This document shows positions 1 through 9,483 of a DNA stretch of 64,000 nt, one piece after another. Source of the DNA: an uncultured Bacteriovoracaceae bacterium (GTDB lineage: Bacteria; Bdellovibrionota; Bacteriovoracia; Bacteriovoracales; Bacteriovoracaceae); contig CAXGUD010000001.1 of NCBI GenBank assembly GCA_964012805.1, positions 208,731-272,730 on the forward strand, written 5' to 3'. Below the pieces are notes generated by a model. That model was not told the origin of the DNA. It saw nothing but the letters and a program-made list of their open reading frames with translations, and did no database searches. Each line of letters begins with the position of its first letter. The stretch's first letter is position 1. The translations under genes and the position numbers were made by a program.

Positions 1-851
1 GCAAGGACAACACCAAGAATTGAAAGAAATACTGCCTTGAAAGCTCCAAGACCCATTAAAAGAATGATCGTTATAGAAAATAAGCTAATCGTACCTGTGA
101 GGACCATGTCCTTTTTGAATTGATCCGTATCATTAATAACCTCAACAAAACGCCCGGAAAGCTCATAAGGCACATTCTTCTCACCTAGAAAACTATTTAA
201 GCGGGCCTTGATTTCATTGGCCATCTTTTTGGATTTGCCCAGGTCCATTGAATGAAATAGAGGCTTTACCAGCAACATTGCATACTTTTCATTTTTTGAA
301 AGAAAGTATCTAGAAAAATCTTTTTTAATTTTTAAATTTTTAAAATAATCTAGGGCCTTTTCTTCTTTCTCCCTTTTAATTTCTTCATCCTCAAGGCCTA
401 AGTCAATAAGGCCACCGTGTCCAAAAAGAGACTTCACATGCTTAATAAGTTTTTTGAACTCACCTCTTTCCATCAGGTAAAGACTTTTATCCTTTAGAGA
501 ATATTCTTCCCTTTCAAAATAAATATACCTGACTCCTTCGATACCATTTAGTGTCTTTTTTATACCAGGTAGATATTGCTCAGGTTTTTCTGTAGGTCCA
601 ACTAAAATGAGAAGATGACCTCCTCCTCCAACTTCATCTGTTACTGATTCCATGTCCGAAACACTTTTGGAATGCTCTGGTAAAAGGTCAGTTAAAGAAA
701 GTGATACAGGAAGATTAAGACCTTGTGAGATCCCCCATAAAAAAGGAATAAGGACGAGAAAAACCCCAAAGTACTTGTGCTTCAAGTTGTAGTGCAAGAA
801 ACTCTCAATCTTCAGAGACTTTATGATTCGGTAAAAAGAAAATGGTTTCAT
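1..851 (-). CDS. MMPL/RND-family (HpnN-like) transporter, N-terminal part; runs off the window's left edge
   Basis: Not in ORF track. My translation from ATG 851: MKPFSFYRIIKSLKIESFLHYNLKHKYFGVFLVLIPFLWGISQGLNLPVSLSLTDLLPEHSKSV...GGGGHLLILV...MLLVKP...YELSGRFVEVINDTDQFKKDMVLTGTISLFSITIILLMGLG. This is TM1, an 'LxDLLP' motif, a large periplasmic domain and TM2-3, as in MMPL proteins. Confidence 0.75.
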   Translation of the reverse strand, partial: MKPFSFYRIIKSLKIESFLHYNLKHKYFGVFLVLIPFLWGISQGLNLPVSLSLTDLLPEHSKSVSDMESVTDEVGGGGHLLILVGPTEKPEQYLPGIKKTLNGIEGVRYIYFEREEYSLKDKSLYLMERGEFKKLIKHVKSLFGHGGLIDLGLEDEEIKREKEEKALDYFKNLKIKKDFSRYFLSKNEKYAMLLVKPLFHSMDLGKSKKMANEIKARLNSFLGEKNVPYELSGRFVEVINDTDQFKKDMVLTGTISLFSITIILLMGLGAFKAVFLSILGVVL

Positions 852-877
852 TTCTTACATGATACCATGACCTATGA

Positions 878-906
878 TTGACAAGAAAAAGAAATTTTAG
901 GATGAT
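878..906 (+). promoter_or_regulatory. putative sigma70 promoter for mlaC-tolC
   Basis: TTGACA (878-883), 17 nt spacer, GATGAT (901-906). Implies the ORF-track start at 878 is not the real start. Confidence 0.5.
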
Positions 907-955
907 ATTTTTGCTACGCACTAAAGAACCGAATATAGAAACCGAGGAAAATGGA

Positions 956-1546
956 TTGGAATACTTCAAACAACCTGCGTCATCAACTCTGATTAAAATT
1001 CTTATTGCTTTTCTTTTAGTCTCAAAAGGCCAAGCCTCTTTAAGTGTTGAACCAGAGGAAATTGTAAAAAAAATATTTCAATTGGCCAAGGATAAAGAAT
1101 TAAAAAGCAGTAAAAAACAACAATTAAAGATTGAAGAAATGTTCAATTTTAAGGTTATGAGTAATGATATCTTAGGTAAAAACTCCCTGAAACAAAGTCC
1201 TAAGGAAGTCGACTGGTTTCATCAAACCATAAAAGGAATCATAACTAAAACAATTTACCCTAAAGCACCAAACTTCTTAAATGAGGTAAAAATAGAATAC
1301 AAAAACATAGAAAAAAATAATTACCGTGCGACAGTCTATTCTATTGTAAAAAGTAAAGGTGAAGAAACAGAGGTCGATTACAACTTGAAACTTATAAACA
1401 ATAACTGGAAGGTCGTTAATGTGATTATCGACGATGAAAGTTGGGTGGAAAATATATCTGAAAAGGTTGAAACAGTCATAAAGAAAAAAAAGTGGAAAGG
1501 TCTTAAAAAGCTACTAACAAAGAAATTAAAAGAACTTAAAAAGTAA
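956..1546 (+). CDS. MlaC/Ttg2D/HpnM-family periplasmic lipid-binding protein
   Basis: Signal-like N-terminus, 'FNFKVMSNDILG', and C-terminal 'VDYNL..NNWKVVNVIIDDESWVEN' typical of MlaC. Start moved to TTG 956 behind GAGGA (ORF track: 878). Confidence 0.75.
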   Translation: MEYFKQPASSTLIKILIAFLLVSKGQASLSVEPEEIVKKIFQLAKDKELKSSKKQQLKIEEMFNFKVMSNDILGKNSLKQSPKEVDWFHQTIKGIITKTIYPKAPNFLNEVKIEYKNIEKNNYRATVYSIVKSKGEETEVDYNLKLINNNWKVVNVIIDDESWVENISEKVETVIKKKKWKGLKKLLTKKLKELKK

Positions 1547-1555
1547 AAAATAGTA

Positions 1556-2893
1556 ATGGACTTAAAAATATTAATTTTTTTACTCTCACTTACTTTAAAC
1601 TTTCCACATATTGCATGGACTTCTGATAATATACAGACAATAACCATAGAAAAAGCAATAGGCCTCTCGCTAAAAAATAGTGAACTTCTTAAAGAAAAAA
1701 AATCTATTGTAAATAACTTCTCAAACCTTAAAAAGAGAATAAAAGGTGAATTTAACCCCAAGGTTAATATCACTTTTGGTGCTGGGCCAGTTAATAAAGA
1801 AACTGGTAATTCAGTCACTAGTCAAAAAGAAAGCTCTTTAGGCCCTTTATTCCTCGGAAGTTTAAAATTAACTTATCCTATTTGGACTTGGGGAAAAAAG
1901 TCAGATCTTATTAGAGCGGCTTCTTATGGAAAAGATGTTGAAAAAGAAAATGTTGCAATCCAAAAACTTGATATCATCTACAATGTCAAAAAGTTTTATT
2001 ATGGTAATCTGCTAGCAAAAACACTTCTTAGGTTTGCAGAAGAAACAGAAACTGATGTCTTAGATATCATAAAAACGATGAAAGAGAAAAAAGCCTCTAA
2101 AGAGGATCGTTACCGAATTGAAATTTTAGCATCTGAAATAAAAACAAAAGTTATAGAGATTAAAAAGCAAGAAAAACTAACAATTAAAGCATTAAATTTT
2201 TTTGTGGGTAGAAACGACAACGAGCTCACTCTAAAAACAGATAAAAACTGGCTTGAATTTCAGAAAAGGCCACTTAAAAAGGATCAATATTACCTCAATC
2301 TGGCGAAAAATCACCTCCCACAGCTAAAACAAATAAAGTCAGGAATAAAAGCGAAATCAAGCCTTCTATCAGCAGAAAAAAAGAATAAATACCCTTTATT
2401 TGTTTTTCTTGCTGAAGGAAAATACGGTAAGACATCTCAAATGACAGATCAGAAAAGCTCCTTCAGTTACGATCCATACAACCAAAAAGTATTGTCAGCT
2501 GGGTTTGGACTTACCCTAGATATCGATTGGGGAGTTACAAGTTCTAAGATTGAAACTATCAAATCAGAGTTAACCCAACTTCGTTTAAAAAAGTCTTTTG
2601 CTAAAAGAGGAATGTCTTTAAAAGTTATGCAAGCACTTGAAGACCTAAAATCCTCCATTGAGAAGGTAAAATATCAAAAAAGATCAAAAAAATATGCAAA
2701 GAAATGGCTTAGCAGAGTCGTTATGGCCGTAAGTATGGGACTTTTGGATAGTAAAAAAATTTCTGATGTATACTCCGCAAGGGCCATGACATTTAAAAAT
2801 TACCTTGAAGCTGTTTATGAAAATTATATGGCCTGGGCGAACTTGAGTAAACTTATAGGAAAAGAGGTAGACCCCCTATTATCAGAAAAATAG
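1556..2893 (+). CDS. TolC-family outer membrane efflux protein
   Basis: Signal peptide, 'ITIEKAIGLSLKNS', two OEP-like repeats ('LTYPIWTWGK', 'KYPLFVF'), 445 aa. Confidence 0.8.
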   Translation: MDLKILIFLLSLTLNFPHIAWTSDNIQTITIEKAIGLSLKNSELLKEKKSIVNNFSNLKKRIKGEFNPKVNITFGAGPVNKETGNSVTSQKESSLGPLFLGSLKLTYPIWTWGKKSDLIRAASYGKDVEKENVAIQKLDIIYNVKKFYYGNLLAKTLLRFAEETETDVLDIIKTMKEKKASKEDRYRIEILASEIKTKVIEIKKQEKLTIKALNFFVGRNDNELTLKTDKNWLEFQKRPLKKDQYYLNLAKNHLPQLKQIKSGIKAKSSLLSAEKKNKYPLFVFLAEGKYGKTSQMTDQKSSFSYDPYNQKVLSAGFGLTLDIDWGVTSSKIETIKSELTQLRLKKSFAKRGMSLKVMQALEDLKSSIEKVKYQKRSKKYAKKWLSRVVMAVSMGLLDSKKISDVYSARAMTFKNYLEAVYENYMAWANLSKLIGKEVDPLLSEK

Positions 2894-2998
2894 CAGTTTT
2901 TTACTCCCCCCTTAAACCGTGATTTTAGATCTGTTTTTATCCAAAAAAAATATTTCAAAAATATTTAACTTAAATACTGATTGTCCGTTGAGTGGATT

Positions 2999-3805
2999 AT
3001 GAATAAACGAAGTGTAATAGCCAGTACCATTCTTATTCCAATATGCTCTACGTCTCTAGGAAGCACAAAGGCCATTGGAGATTTTTATATTGTAAAGGAA
3101 GGTGAGTCATTTTCTAAAATTGCTGAAAAAATGCGTTTTACTTACAGAGGATGGAGTTTCAGAAAAAGGTTTGAATCCCTCTTAAAAGAAAACCCCCAAA
3201 TATCTGACGTAAATAAGGTTTTTCCTGGAGATAAACTCTCGCTTCCTTCAAAAGACGAGGAATCTATTAAAATACAAAACCTAAGCTCTAATGAAGATAT
3301 AAATCCAAAGATAGTTATAACAAATTCATCAAGAGTACCGCAAGAAAAGGTTGAAAAGATTGAAAAAGAATTAGTGAGTAATGATAAAAAAAGTTTGGAT
3401 AAAAACTATAAATTATACTATGTAAAAAAAGGTGAAACACTCTCTCAGATTGCTCAAAAAACTATTGGTAAGCCCGTTTTTGACAATAAAATTGGATCTC
3501 TTCAACTTCTTCTAAGATACAATATGCAAATTAAAAGTCCGGATAATATTGAAGTGGGAGATAAAATATTTATTCCTTCTTTAGAGGAAATAGAGCTATA
3601 CAAATTTTTAAAAACAAGAGAAGCAAAAGCTAAGAAAAAAAACCCCAGCCTAGGTAATAATAAGCTATTTTCCAAGCCAAAAATTATTGACTACTTACCG
3701 GAAAAAAAAGAAGTTATAAAAACAAACGAAAAAGTCTGGGTAAAAAAATTACTTCAAGGTGACGAGCACTTAAATTTTTTGTGGTGCTCTCCAAACTGCA
3801 AATAA
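2999..3805 (+). CDS. LysM peptidoglycan-binding protein (two LysM domains)
   Basis: 'YIVKEGESFSKIA...NPQISDVNKVFPGDKLSLP' and 'YYVKKGETLSQIA...NIEVGDKIFIP'. Likely ATG 2999 (ORF track: 2981). Confidence 0.8.
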   Translation: MNKRSVIASTILIPICSTSLGSTKAIGDFYIVKEGESFSKIAEKMRFTYRGWSFRKRFESLLKENPQISDVNKVFPGDKLSLPSKDEESIKIQNLSSNEDINPKIVITNSSRVPQEKVEKIEKELVSNDKKSLDKNYKLYYVKKGETLSQIAQKTIGKPVFDNKIGSLQLLLRYNMQIKSPDNIEVGDKIFIPSLEEIELYKFLKTREAKAKKKNPSLGNNKLFSKPKIIDYLPEKKEVIKTNEKVWVKKLLQGDEHLNFLWCSPNCK

Positions 3806-3810
3806 AGATT

Positions 3811-5544
3811 TCATATTTTATTTCCAATGATAAATGAAAATTCTTTGGTACTTAAATTTCCAACACGGTCTTTTGCAAAGATCTTAATCGTATATTGACC
3901 TTTTTTCCATAATTCAAGTGGCCCTTTGTATTTTTTTAAAACTCCACCCAGTTTATAAGAAATTGTACGAGTTCCAGACTTTTTATCACTTGCAGCTAAA
4001 AATAAGCGGCTACCAGGGAAATAGACCGTTAGATTTTTGTCTTCAGATGCTCTTTTTCCTAGTCCTGTATTACTAAAATGATGAAAAATTTCAGGTGGAG
4101 TATTATCAACAACAACCTTTGAACTATTTGGAGTTTGAGAATTATTAACATTATCAATTGAGAAGTAAGTGAAGTTATAAACTCCTTCATTTGTTAAATT
4201 AAAGGAAGACTTAAAAACTCTTTCATTTGAGTCATTTATTTTATACCTAATTTCCTGAACACCACTCCCAATATCTCTGGCATCAAAATTAATTTTTGTA
4301 CTTTTGGAAATAAATACTTTTTCAAAAACCGGTATGTAGGGTCCTTCAAATTTTTGTTCGACAAAGGGCGGTAGTAAATCTAATATAAGCTTAATCTTTT
4401 TAGAACCAGACCAGTTATTTAATTCATCCACGGCTTTGTAAGTAATTTCATGTTTCCCTAGAACCTTTGGTAAAGAAAAACTTCCTCCGAAATTTCTATA
4501 CTTTCCATTTTTGTATTTCCATATAATTTTTTTAACAGCAACTTGTTCATCACGAGCAGTAATATTTACCTTTGACCTTTGACTTACATAAATTCTCTCT
4601 CCTCTTACATGTTGATCACCGATAATATCGGCATCAAAAGCAGGAGGGGTTCTATCAAGGTAAAATTCAACTTTTTTTGTTTCTTCTTTATTTTCCACAT
4701 TATCAATCGCATAATAGGATAAAGTATAAGGGCCATCAGGAAGCTTCTTCATGGAAAGCCTTGAAGATCTATAGACACCGCTTCGCTCGTAATCCGGTGA
4801 AGAGAAATCAAAATATAGTTTTTTTACCTTGGAACTTGCATCCTGACTTTGCAAACCAATTGTCACATTTCTTGAAAATACATTTTTTATTCTCAAACCT
4901 TTAATCATATAAGATGTTTCAGGTGGAGTAAGGTCTACAATAAAGTTTATATTTTTGTCATGAGACCTATTACCAACATTATCCATACTATAAGCGACTA
5001 AATCGTATTTCTTCTCTTTATTAAAGGTAAAGGGACCGTTATATGGCTGAAATGGTCTATCGTTTATGGAAATAAATGTTTTTTTAACACCTGATAGTCC
5101 ATCTTTAGACATTAGAGTTAACTCTACAGGCTCTCCCATATATAAGTCTTTTCCATTAAAATACCTCGGAACTTTATTGTATTTATAGTTAAGCTTTGGT
5201 CCCTTGCTATCCAGATAAAGCCTAAATGTTGTAGATGGATCAACCGTCTTACCAAGATGAAAGTGAGCTATCTTATGCATACCTGGGTTTTTAAAATTCA
5301 TTGGAACTGGAGGTTTTGATCTATCTTTGGATCCTTCATTAAACCAAAGAACAGTTGGACTATCGTCATCTGGAGAAGTCGAGAGTTTTAAATATAGTGG
5401 CGCTTTATAATTTAGATAAACATTTTTGTTTTTATCTACATGGATTTTAGTTTCAAGGCTTTTACCATCATCTATTTTTTCCAGTCCAAATATTGATAAG
5501 CTAACTAGAAAGCTTAGAGAAACTAACAAACTTTTTTTTCCCAT
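3811..5544 (-). CDS. secreted OmpL47-type/Ig-like beta-sandwich repeat protein
   Basis: Signal peptide; about 5 repeats of 'D..SGV...Y...DNVxN...D.TPP'. Confidence 0.7.
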   Translation of the reverse strand: MGKKSLLVSLSFLVSLSIFGLEKIDDGKSLETKIHVDKNKNVYLNYKAPLYLKLSTSPDDDSPTVLWFNEGSKDRSKPPVPMNFKNPGMHKIAHFHLGKTVDPSTTFRLYLDSKGPKLNYKYNKVPRYFNGKDLYMGEPVELTLMSKDGLSGVKKTFISINDRPFQPYNGPFTFNKEKKYDLVAYSMDNVGNRSHDKNINFIVDLTPPETSYMIKGLRIKNVFSRNVTIGLQSQDASSKVKKLYFDFSSPDYERSGVYRSSRLSMKKLPDGPYTLSYYAIDNVENKEETKKVEFYLDRTPPAFDADIIGDQHVRGERIYVSQRSKVNITARDEQVAVKKIIWKYKNGKYRNFGGSFSLPKVLGKHEITYKAVDELNNWSGSKKIKLILDLLPPFVEQKFEGPYIPVFEKVFISKSTKINFDARDIGSGVQEIRYKINDSNERVFKSSFNLTNEGVYNFTYFSIDNVNNSQTPNSSKVVVDNTPPEIFHHFSNTGLGKRASEDKNLTVYFPGSRLFLAASDKKSGTRTISYKLGGVLKKYKGPLELWKKGQYTIKIFAKDRVGNLSTKEFSFIIGNKI

Positions 5545-5580
5545 AATAAAACCTCTTAAAAGACCATAACCCTACTTTTT

Positions 5581-5607
5581 TTATCGGCTATTTCCCTAAA
5601 AAGGTTA
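5581..5607 (-). promoter_or_regulatory. putative sigma28 (FliA) promoter
   Basis: Minus strand TAAC-N15-GCCGATAA: perfect -10 and 3/4 -35 versus consensus TAAA-N15-GCCGATAA, 36 nt upstream of the 5544 start. Confidence 0.7.
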
Positions 5608-5671
5608 ACATCTAAATTCATTTAAACCATAGTAATTGATGAGGAAAAAAATGATTATTAGCAAGATCTAA

Positions 5672-7402
5672 TTATTTATATTTAGATATAATAAAAGATA
5701 TTGTCATTCTGCTATCATTACCAACATGATCGTAACAAACAATTTCTAATTCATGTTTACCCTGGCGCCAGTATTGTAGTGGTTCTTTATACCTCTTTGC
5801 AATACCACCTACTTTATAAAAAATTGACTTTGTCCCTGATAACGAATCTGAAGAACCTAAATAGACTCTACTACCTGGAAGTAAAACTGGAAACATCCTC
5901 CCTTTAACCTCTCTTTCTCCTATTTTTGTGTTACTAAAATGATAGTTTATTTCAGGAGGTGAACTATCAACAACAAAAGTTGATTTTTGCTTAATCATAG
6001 TATTTCCAACTCTATCCCTAGCAAAGTAATGGAGGTTATATGTCCCTTCCTCCTTCAAATGAAAAGGCCTTTTATAGCCCTTCTCAGGTCCTTTTTCATT
6101 ACCTCTATCGGCCCTATAAATAATTTCTCTTATACCAGAACCTGAATCAAAGGCTTTCAGTACAATCTGACTTTTTGGGGAAATAAAACTCTTTTCAAAA
6201 ATTGAAATTTTTTTGCCAATAACTTTAAACTCCATCACAGGTGGCAATAAGTCCAATATAACACTTAGTTTTTTCATTTTACCCCAATTTCCTAGAGAGT
6301 CAGTAGCATTATAAAAAATATCTTGAACTCCTCTATTTGGTGGAAGAGAAAAAGGTTCCTTAAATATTATTGCCTTTGACTTTTTAAACTTCCATATAAC
6401 TTTCTTTACATCAACTTTATTATCTGAAGACTTAATATTAACTTTTGATCGCCCTGAAACAAATATTTTTCCATTAAATTTAAACTGATCACCAATAATA
6501 CTTGCTTTAAATTTTGGAGGCTTTTTATCCAAATGAAACTCTATCTTTTTTTCTTTCTCTCTGTTTTCTACGTTATCTATACCATAAAAACGAAGTGTAT
6601 AATCGCCGCCTGGAAAACTACTTATAGAGATATTCTTACCTCTAAAAAGTCCCCTCTTTCGAAATAGGCCAGTATTATTTTGAAAAACATAAATTATGTT
6701 TTTTAAACCAGATAACACATCTTTACCCTGAAAAGAGAACAATGCTTTTTTAGACAAAATGTTTTCCTTCCTTAGTCCCCTGATTTTATATGAGCTTGAC
6801 GGTGGGGTCAGGTCCAGCTTGAAAGAAATTTTTTGATATTTACTCTTATTAGATACATTATCCACACTGTAAAATTTCAATTCGTAATAGTTTTCATCTT
6901 TCACTATTATTGGTTTAACAAACTTTTGTTCTTCAGAATCATTAATTTTAAAGTGAATTCCTCTAACACCAGAAAGAGCATCTCTTGCCTTTAAGTTTAT
7001 TTTGAAAGGCTCTCCAAAGAATGTTCCCCCCACCCCTCTAAACTTAGGTGACTTTGTAAATATCCAGCTAACTTGTGGAGGAGTTTTATCTAAAATAACT
7101 TTAAAGTTATTCTTCCTATTCAACTTTCCTTTTCTTTTATGTTGATGCCCAATTAAATGTGCTCCTTGATTAAGAAGCTTTATTGACTCTTTTTTTCCAT
7201 CCAAGTTAAATAAGGGAATAGAGTTTGCATCATCGTCACTTGAATTCGAAATTCTCAAAAAGAAATTCGCCCCACCCTTTAAGTAAATCCTTTTGTATTT
7301 ATCTATATGAATTGTTTTTTCTGACAAATTGGCTGGAAAACCTTTTGAGTAAATAAAAGTTGATCCTAAAAGAAGAACAAATATGATACATTTCAACTTC
7401 AT
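5672..7402 (-). CDS. secreted OmpL47-type/Ig-like repeat protein, tandem paralog of 3811-5544
   Basis: Nearly the same length (576 vs 577 aa) with colinear motifs (DLTPP, IDNVEN, IIGDQ, LDLLPP, PPEI..HFSNT, PGSR). Confidence 0.7.
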   Translation of the reverse strand: MKLKCIIFVLLLGSTFIYSKGFPANLSEKTIHIDKYKRIYLKGGANFFLRISNSSDDDANSIPLFNLDGKKESIKLLNQGAHLIGHQHKRKGKLNRKNNFKVILDKTPPQVSWIFTKSPKFRGVGGTFFGEPFKINLKARDALSGVRGIHFKINDSEEQKFVKPIIVKDENYYELKFYSVDNVSNKSKYQKISFKLDLTPPSSSYKIRGLRKENILSKKALFSFQGKDVLSGLKNIIYVFQNNTGLFRKRGLFRGKNISISSFPGGDYTLRFYGIDNVENREKEKKIEFHLDKKPPKFKASIIGDQFKFNGKIFVSGRSKVNIKSSDNKVDVKKVIWKFKKSKAIIFKEPFSLPPNRGVQDIFYNATDSLGNWGKMKKLSVILDLLPPVMEFKVIGKKISIFEKSFISPKSQIVLKAFDSGSGIREIIYRADRGNEKGPEKGYKRPFHLKEEGTYNLHYFARDRVGNTMIKQKSTFVVDSSPPEINYHFSNTKIGEREVKGRMFPVLLPGSRVYLGSSDSLSGTKSIFYKVGGIAKRYKEPLQYWRQGKHELEIVCYDHVGNDSRMTISFIISKYK

Positions 7403-7436
7403 ATTACCTCAGAGCATATTTCTAACCTAATTAAAT

Positions 7437-8621
7437 TTAAGAAGACTCCTTAAAAACATACTTGACGAGTGGAGCCCCCTCTTTAACTTCCTCAACTTCC
7501 CTTCTTAATGAATGGGCTCCTCCTGCACTTCTTATTGAAATAATACCTTTTTTTCTGTCTTCGCTATGTTCATGCATATTATTTATAAGCGTTAAATCTT
7601 TCCCCGTATCTAAACTCAATTTGCAAAAAGAACGAGAGGTCTGATTATTTTCAGAAAACTCTCTTTTCTTTTTTCCACCAGTAGGCTTTGGATTTTGCTT
7701 AAACTCTAAGCTAGAGTTATTTAACTTAACATAAACAAGGAGGTTTAGAATTAATTTCAAAAGACTCCTTTTTTTGTAATCCCTAGAAGGAAGGAGGTCT
7801 ATATGACTTTGCCCTTCAATTATCTTGGCAGTAGGATCAGCAGTTAACTTTAAAGTTGTTAGCTGATTGTGTTTTCCAACATCATGATCCAAAATTTCTG
7901 AAAATCTCTCAAATAAAGATATTTCAATTGGAGAAAATGAAAAAATATTCAAGACGCCATCTTCACCTTGGCAGAAAGCCACTCCACTCAAGAATGTTTT
8001 CTCCTCCCTGAAGTAACTATCTATTTCTTTTTTGGTAGAGATAAAAACTGATTTTATTTTATTTTTAGTACCATATAAAAATGTGTCTTCTTTTAAAAAC
8101 TCGAAATAAAAGGTCTCCTCTTTCATTAAATGCTTTATTTCAATATCCCTGTCTCTATCTTCCAGGCACTCTTTTAAGTTGTCAGAAACAAGGAATATAT
8201 TTTCCTCTCTTTCTTTAAAACTAGAAAATTGAAAACAAATATTACTCATTGTTTGAGGGGAATTTTTAAAAAGCCAAGAAACAGGTGAAATCACGCCCTC
8301 CTCAAGAAGGCTTTTCGCAAAATCTATGCTATCCTGCCGACTCCCTGAAAAGTGCTGAGGATCAAACTCATTCCCTCCCCCGCCATTTTCCACAGCTTCT
8401 GAAAGTTTCATTATTTCTCTTTTGGAACTATAAAGGGCCCTTGAGTTTTTAAAAGCCTTCTTCAACCACTTATAGTTTTGATTCATTTTTTTTGATGCTT
8501 TCATGTCGCTCAACATATCCACAAAAAGCTTTTTAACCGGCCCATTCACATAATTTGGAGTTATCTCTACAATTTTACTAGGATCATTTTTACTTTTTGA
8601 CCTCGTTTTCTTATCACCCAT
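7437..8621 (-). CDS. hypothetical cytoplasmic protein
   Basis: Long ORF of about 394 aa; GGAGG upstream of ATG 8621; no recognised domain. Confidence 0.6.
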   Translation of the reverse strand: MGDKKTRSKSKNDPSKIVEITPNYVNGPVKKLFVDMLSDMKASKKMNQNYKWLKKAFKNSRALYSSKREIMKLSEAVENGGGGNEFDPQHFSGSRQDSIDFAKSLLEEGVISPVSWLFKNSPQTMSNICFQFSSFKEREENIFLVSDNLKECLEDRDRDIEIKHLMKEETFYFEFLKEDTFLYGTKNKIKSVFISTKKEIDSYFREEKTFLSGVAFCQGEDGVLNIFSFSPIEISLFERFSEILDHDVGKHNQLTTLKLTADPTAKIIEGQSHIDLLPSRDYKKRSLLKLILNLLVYVKLNNSSLEFKQNPKPTGGKKKREFSENNQTSRSFCKLSLDTGKDLTLINNMHEHSEDRKKGIISIRSAGGAHSLRREVEEVKEGAPLVKYVFKESS

Positions 8622-8898
8622 GAGACCTCCCAAATAGAATCAACCACCTGAGGATTTTCTCACAAAAACAATATTTTTTTTTCGTTTTTAATCATTTCTT
8701 AATATTTCAAGAAGTTTAGTATTATTTATTCTATTATTATTTAGAAAAAATGATTATTTAAAAGAGACAAAGGTGAACATATTAATGGCCATCAAGCATT
8801 TTCATTGTGCCCTATCAATAAAAAATGTTATAGTTTTGTTGGTCTAGAAGTGAGTTTTTTGAAATTTAAATTAACTAAAAAAGAAAAAGGCAAACATA

Positions 8899-9483
8899 AT
8901 GAAATTAAAGAAAATTTTCCTGCTATTTTTACTCCTTACAGTATTTACATCGTGCGGCATGCAAAGTATCCCAACCGCACTTAACGAAGTGGACGCCCAA
9001 TGGGCAGAGGTTCAAAACCAGTACAAAAGACGGTCTGACTTAATTCCTAACCTTGTCAATGTTGTCAAAGGTTATGCTTCACATGAAAAAGAAACATTAA
9101 GTGCTGTTATCAATGCAAGAGCGAAAGCAACCAAAATAAACCTACAAGTTGATCAACTTACACCAGAAACGATGAAACAATTTCAAAAAGCCCAAGCCGG
9201 CTTGTCTAGTGCTTTGTCTAAACTAATGGTCGTGTCAGAAAGATACCCAAACCTTAAGGCCAATCAAAACTTTAGAGACCTTCAAAACCAGCTTGAAGGA
9301 ACAGAAAACAGAATAACTGTTTCAAGAAATCGCTACATTCAATCCATTAAAAACTTTAACAACCTCATAACCGTACCTCCGACAAGCTGGTATAATGCCT
9401 TCTTCCTAAAGCACTCTAAGAAGCCCCAATTTGCTGTTCAAAATTTAGAAAAAGTACAAAATGCCCCTAAAGTGGAGTTCTAA
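8899..9483 (+). CDS. lemA: LemA family lipoprotein
   Basis: Lipobox 'FTSC'; 'QYKRRSDLIPNLVNVVKGYA', 'ERYPNLKANQNF', 'LEGTENRI'. Confidence 0.95.
   Translation: MKLKKIFLLFLLLTVFTSCGMQSIPTALNEVDAQWAEVQNQYKRRSDLIPNLVNVVKGYASHEKETLSAVINARAKATKINLQVDQLTPETMKQFQKAQAGLSSALSKLMVVSERYPNLKANQNFRDLQNQLEGTENRITVSRNRYIQSIKNFNNLITVPPTSWYNAFFLKHSKKPQFAVQNLEKVQNAPKVEF

Noticed and set aside
922..948. sigma28-like TAAA-N15-ACCGAGGA before mlaC
   Set aside because: The -10 coincides with the SD (GAGGA), and a good sigma70 promoter at 878-906 explains expression
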